Positions 61,744 through 64,000 of a DNA stretch of 64,000 nucleotides are shown here, in pieces. The stretch is taken from contig OY970342.1 of assembly GCA_963717505.1 (NCBI GenBank), forward strand, positions 3,488,001 through 3,552,000, in the 5' to 3' direction. The notes beneath the pieces are model-generated. The model was not told where the DNA came from and searched no databases. It saw only the letters and a list, made by a program, of their open reading frames with translations. The position numbers and the translations under genes are program-made. Numbering within the stretch: position 1 is the first letter of the stretch; each line of letters opens with the position of its first letter. This DNA is from Candidatus Eiseniibacteriota bacterium. GTDB taxonomy: Bacteria > Eisenbacteria > RBG-16-71-46.

Positions 61744-62747
61744 TCCCGTCGGCGATCGCCAAGGTGGTGACCGGCGAGGCGCTGAGCCGCGAAGCGGCGC
61801 GCACCGCCATGGAGCAGATTCTCGCAGGTGATGCGACGCCGGCTCAGATCGCCGCGCTCGTGGTCGGGCTGCGCATGAAGGGCGAGACGCCGCTCGAGAT
61901 CGCGGGCATGGCCGAGGCGCTGCGCGCGCGCAGCTCGCCGATTCGCACACGGCGCGCCCCGCTGGTCGACACCTGCGGCACCGGCGGCGACTCCGCCGGC
62001 ACCTTCAACATCTCGACCACGGTGGCGCTGGTCGCGGCTTCGTGCGGCGTGGCGGTCGCCAAGCACGGCAACCGTGCGGTGTCGAGCCGCACCGGCAGCG
62101 CCGACGTGCTCGAGTCGCTCGGCGTGCGCATCGATCTGACGCCCGAGGCCGCCGGCCGCTCGCTCGACCTGCTCGGCATCACGTTCCTGTTCGCGCCCAA
62201 CTACCACGCGGCCCTGCGCCACGCGGCGGCACCCCGCCGCGAGATCGGCGTGCGCACGGTGTTCAACGTGCTCGGGCCGTTGTCGAACCCCGCGGGTGCT
62301 CGCCGGCAGCTGCTCGGCGTCTACTCCGACACGCTGGTGCGCCCGGTCGCCGAGGTCCTGCGCGAGCTGGGCACCGAGCACGCCTGGATCGTTCACGGCC
62401 GCGACGGCCTCGACGAGCTGACGGTCTTTGGGCCATCCCACGTCGCCGAGGTGCGCGACGGCGCGATTCGCGAGTTCGAGGTGAAGCCCTCCGAGCTGGG
62501 GCTCGAAGCCCGCGACCGTGAGGGCATCGCCGGCGGCGACCCGCGGGCCAACGCCGCGCGCATTCGCGCGATCCTCGACGGCGAAAAAGGACCCGCCCGC
62601 GACATCGTGTTGCTCAACACCGCGGCGGCACTGATCGTGGCCGGGCTCGCGGCCAATCTCAGCCAAGGGATCGATCGCGCCGCTCAGGCGATCGATCGCG
62701 GCGAGGCGAAGGCCAAGCTCCAAGAGCTGGCTACGTTCCGCGGATGA
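61740..62747 (+). CDS. trpD: Anthranilate phosphoribosyltransferase
   Basis: [32 protein letters not shown] and GLDE. Confidence 0.96.
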   Translation: MIPSAIAKVVTGEALSREAARTAMEQILAGDATPAQIAALVVGLRMKGETPLEIAGMAEALRARSSPIRTRRAPLVDTCGTGGDSAGTFNISTTVALVAASCGVAVAKHGNRAVSSRTGSADVLESLGVRIDLTPEAAGRSLDLLGITFLFAPNYHAALRHAAAPRREIGVRTVFNVLGPLSNPAGARRQLLGVYSDTLVRPVAEVLRELGTEHAWIVHGRDGLDELTVFGPSHVAEVRDGAIREFEVKPSELGLEARDREGIAGGDPRANAARIRAILDGEKGPARDIVLLNTAAALIVAGLAANLSQGIDRAAQAIDRGEAKAKLQELATFRG

Positions 62748-63550
62748 GCCCGACCGCCTCCATCCTCGCCCGCATCGCGAACGACCGGCGCCGCCGGGTG
62801 GCGGCAGCCATGATTCAGACGCCGGCCCACGTGTTGCGCGCGCAGCTCGCGCCGCGGCCGGACGGACGGCTCGAGCGCGCCCTGCGCCGCGGGAGTGCCG
62901 CGAATCCGATCAAGCTGCTGTGCGAAGTGAAGCGGGCATCGCCCTCCAAGGGCACGTTCAAGGCCGACGTCGATCCGGTCGACATGGCCACGCTCTACGA
63001 GAAGGGAGGAGCCGCGGCGGTGTCGCTGGTCACCGAGCCGGATCACTTCCTCGGCGACCCGGCCTGGATCAACGCAACGCGACCGCAAGTTCGGCTGCCG
63101 ATCCTCATGAAAGATTTCGTGATCGACTCTTGGCAGCTACTCGACGCCGCAGCTCGGGGAGCGGATGGGATTCTCTTGATTGCCGCGCTATTGCCCGAAG
63201 CCCAGTTGCAACGCCTGGTCGGCGAAGCCAAACGGTTGGGACTGGATCCGCTGACCGAAGTCCATGACGAGGTCGAGCTGCTGCGCGCGCTACGCGCCGG
63301 AGCCACGCTGATCGGCATCAACAACCGCAACCTGGAAACCTTCGAGGTTCGCCCGGAGACCGCGATCGAGCTCTTGCCGATGGTGCCGCCGATGGTCACC
63401 GCGGTGGCCGAAAGCGGGTTCGCGAACCCGGCGGATCTGGCGAGCTTGCAGAGTACGCGCTGCGACGCCGTGTTGATCGGCGAGGCGTTCATGACCAGCA
63501 CCGACCCGGCCGCGACGCTGGCCGCCTTCCAGACGGCGGCGCGCGGATGA
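62744..63550 (+). CDS. trpC: Indole-3-glycerol phosphate synthase
   Basis: EVKRASPSKG, KDFV, EVH, GINNRNL and AESG. Confidence 0.95.
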   Translation: MSPTASILARIANDRRRRVAAAMIQTPAHVLRAQLAPRPDGRLERALRRGSAANPIKLLCEVKRASPSKGTFKADVDPVDMATLYEKGGAAAVSLVTEPDHFLGDPAWINATRPQVRLPILMKDFVIDSWQLLDAAARGADGILLIAALLPEAQLQRLVGEAKRLGLDPLTEVHDEVELLRALRAGATLIGINNRNLETFEVRPETAIELLPMVPPMVTAVAESGFANPADLASLQSTRCDAVLIGEAFMTSTDPAATLAAFQTAARG

Positions 63551-63572
63551 ACGGCGCGGGGGAGGGCTCGCG

Positions 63573-64000
63573 ATGGCGCGGCGCACCCTGGTCAAAGTCT
63601 GCGGCCTCACCCGGCTCGCCGATGCCCGAGTGGCGCACGATGCCGGCGCCGACTGGCTTGGGGTGATCCTCAAGCACGACGGCGTGCGGCGGATTTCGCT
63701 CGAGACTGCACGCGAGATCACGACCGCGCTTGATGGCACCGTGGTGGTGGCGGTCATGGTGCAGCCGACGCCGGGTGAAGCGTTGCACCTCGCCACGCGC
63801 GCCCGCGCGCAGCGCGTCCAACTCCATGGCGTCAATCCGCTCGGCTGGCCCGAGGACTTTCCGCTCCCGGTCACGTTCTCGATCCCGGTGGCCGAAGACG
63901 GCTCGCTGGCCTTGCCGCTGCCCGACGCACGCAGCCTGGTGCTGCTCGACACCGCACAGGCCTCGAGCGCCGGGGGCTCCGGCCGCACGTTCCCGTGGCG
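63573..64000 (+). CDS. trpF: Phosphoribosylanthranilate isomerase (partial, runs off window)
   Basis: Manual translation MARRTLVKVCGLTR...GADWLG...VQLHG...LLDT...GGSGRTFPW, with a GGAGG RBS. Confidence 0.9.
   Translation, partial: MARRTLVKVCGLTRLADARVAHDAGADWLGVILKHDGVRRISLETAREITTALDGTVVVAVMVQPTPGEALHLATRARAQRVQLHGVNPLGWPEDFPLPVTFSIPVAEDGSLALPLPDARSLVLLDTAQASSAGGSGRTFPW

Noticed and set aside
63547-63572. trpF start at the ATGA overlap with trpC
   Set aside because: It is out of frame with the VKVCG motif. The ATG at 63573 has its own GGAGG.
1-64000. CRISPR array, IS element or rRNA
   Set aside because: I saw no regularly spaced short repeats with unique spacers, no transposase with terminal inverted repeats and no rRNA-like sequence. 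All periodicity is in coding repeats.

Overview
High-GC bacterial chromosomal window. The protein tails suggest an FCB-group lineage such as Ca. Eisenbacteria, but this is inference only. About half of the window is housekeeping: ppk2, aroC, aroF, tRNA-Val, thrS, infC-rpmI-rplT-pheST-zapB-zapA-6S-rny-ymdB/folD-xseAB-ispA-dxs-nadK-recN-trpEGDCF. The standout is a ~26.7 kb tandem array (9267-35984) of six co-oriented paralogous secreted proteins. They are built from 21 copies of a ~190-aa six-cysteine domain I cannot assign to a named family (INLSWDDCG...FAC...PDWWKHG...CRG...YYAF...CxGC...IQLFQP...YWQ), separated by 34 IPT/TIG Ig-like domains. All six end in a shared T9SS-like C-terminal domain, and one carries two 7-bladed FG-GAP propellers. 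The window also holds an exosortase H-like gene with a membrane partner but no canonical substrate, and three GT-C glycosyltransferases. An inverted two-gene insert encodes a protein with a dockerin-like motif and a protein ending in TPVRRKSWGQLKTIYR. Together these may form a poorly described surface-protein sorting and assembly system. Other points: an apparent YmdB-FolD fusion, an L20-leader-like attenuator ahead of AUU-initiated infC, and patches of frameshifts that look like uncorrected long-read indels rather than real pseudogenes.
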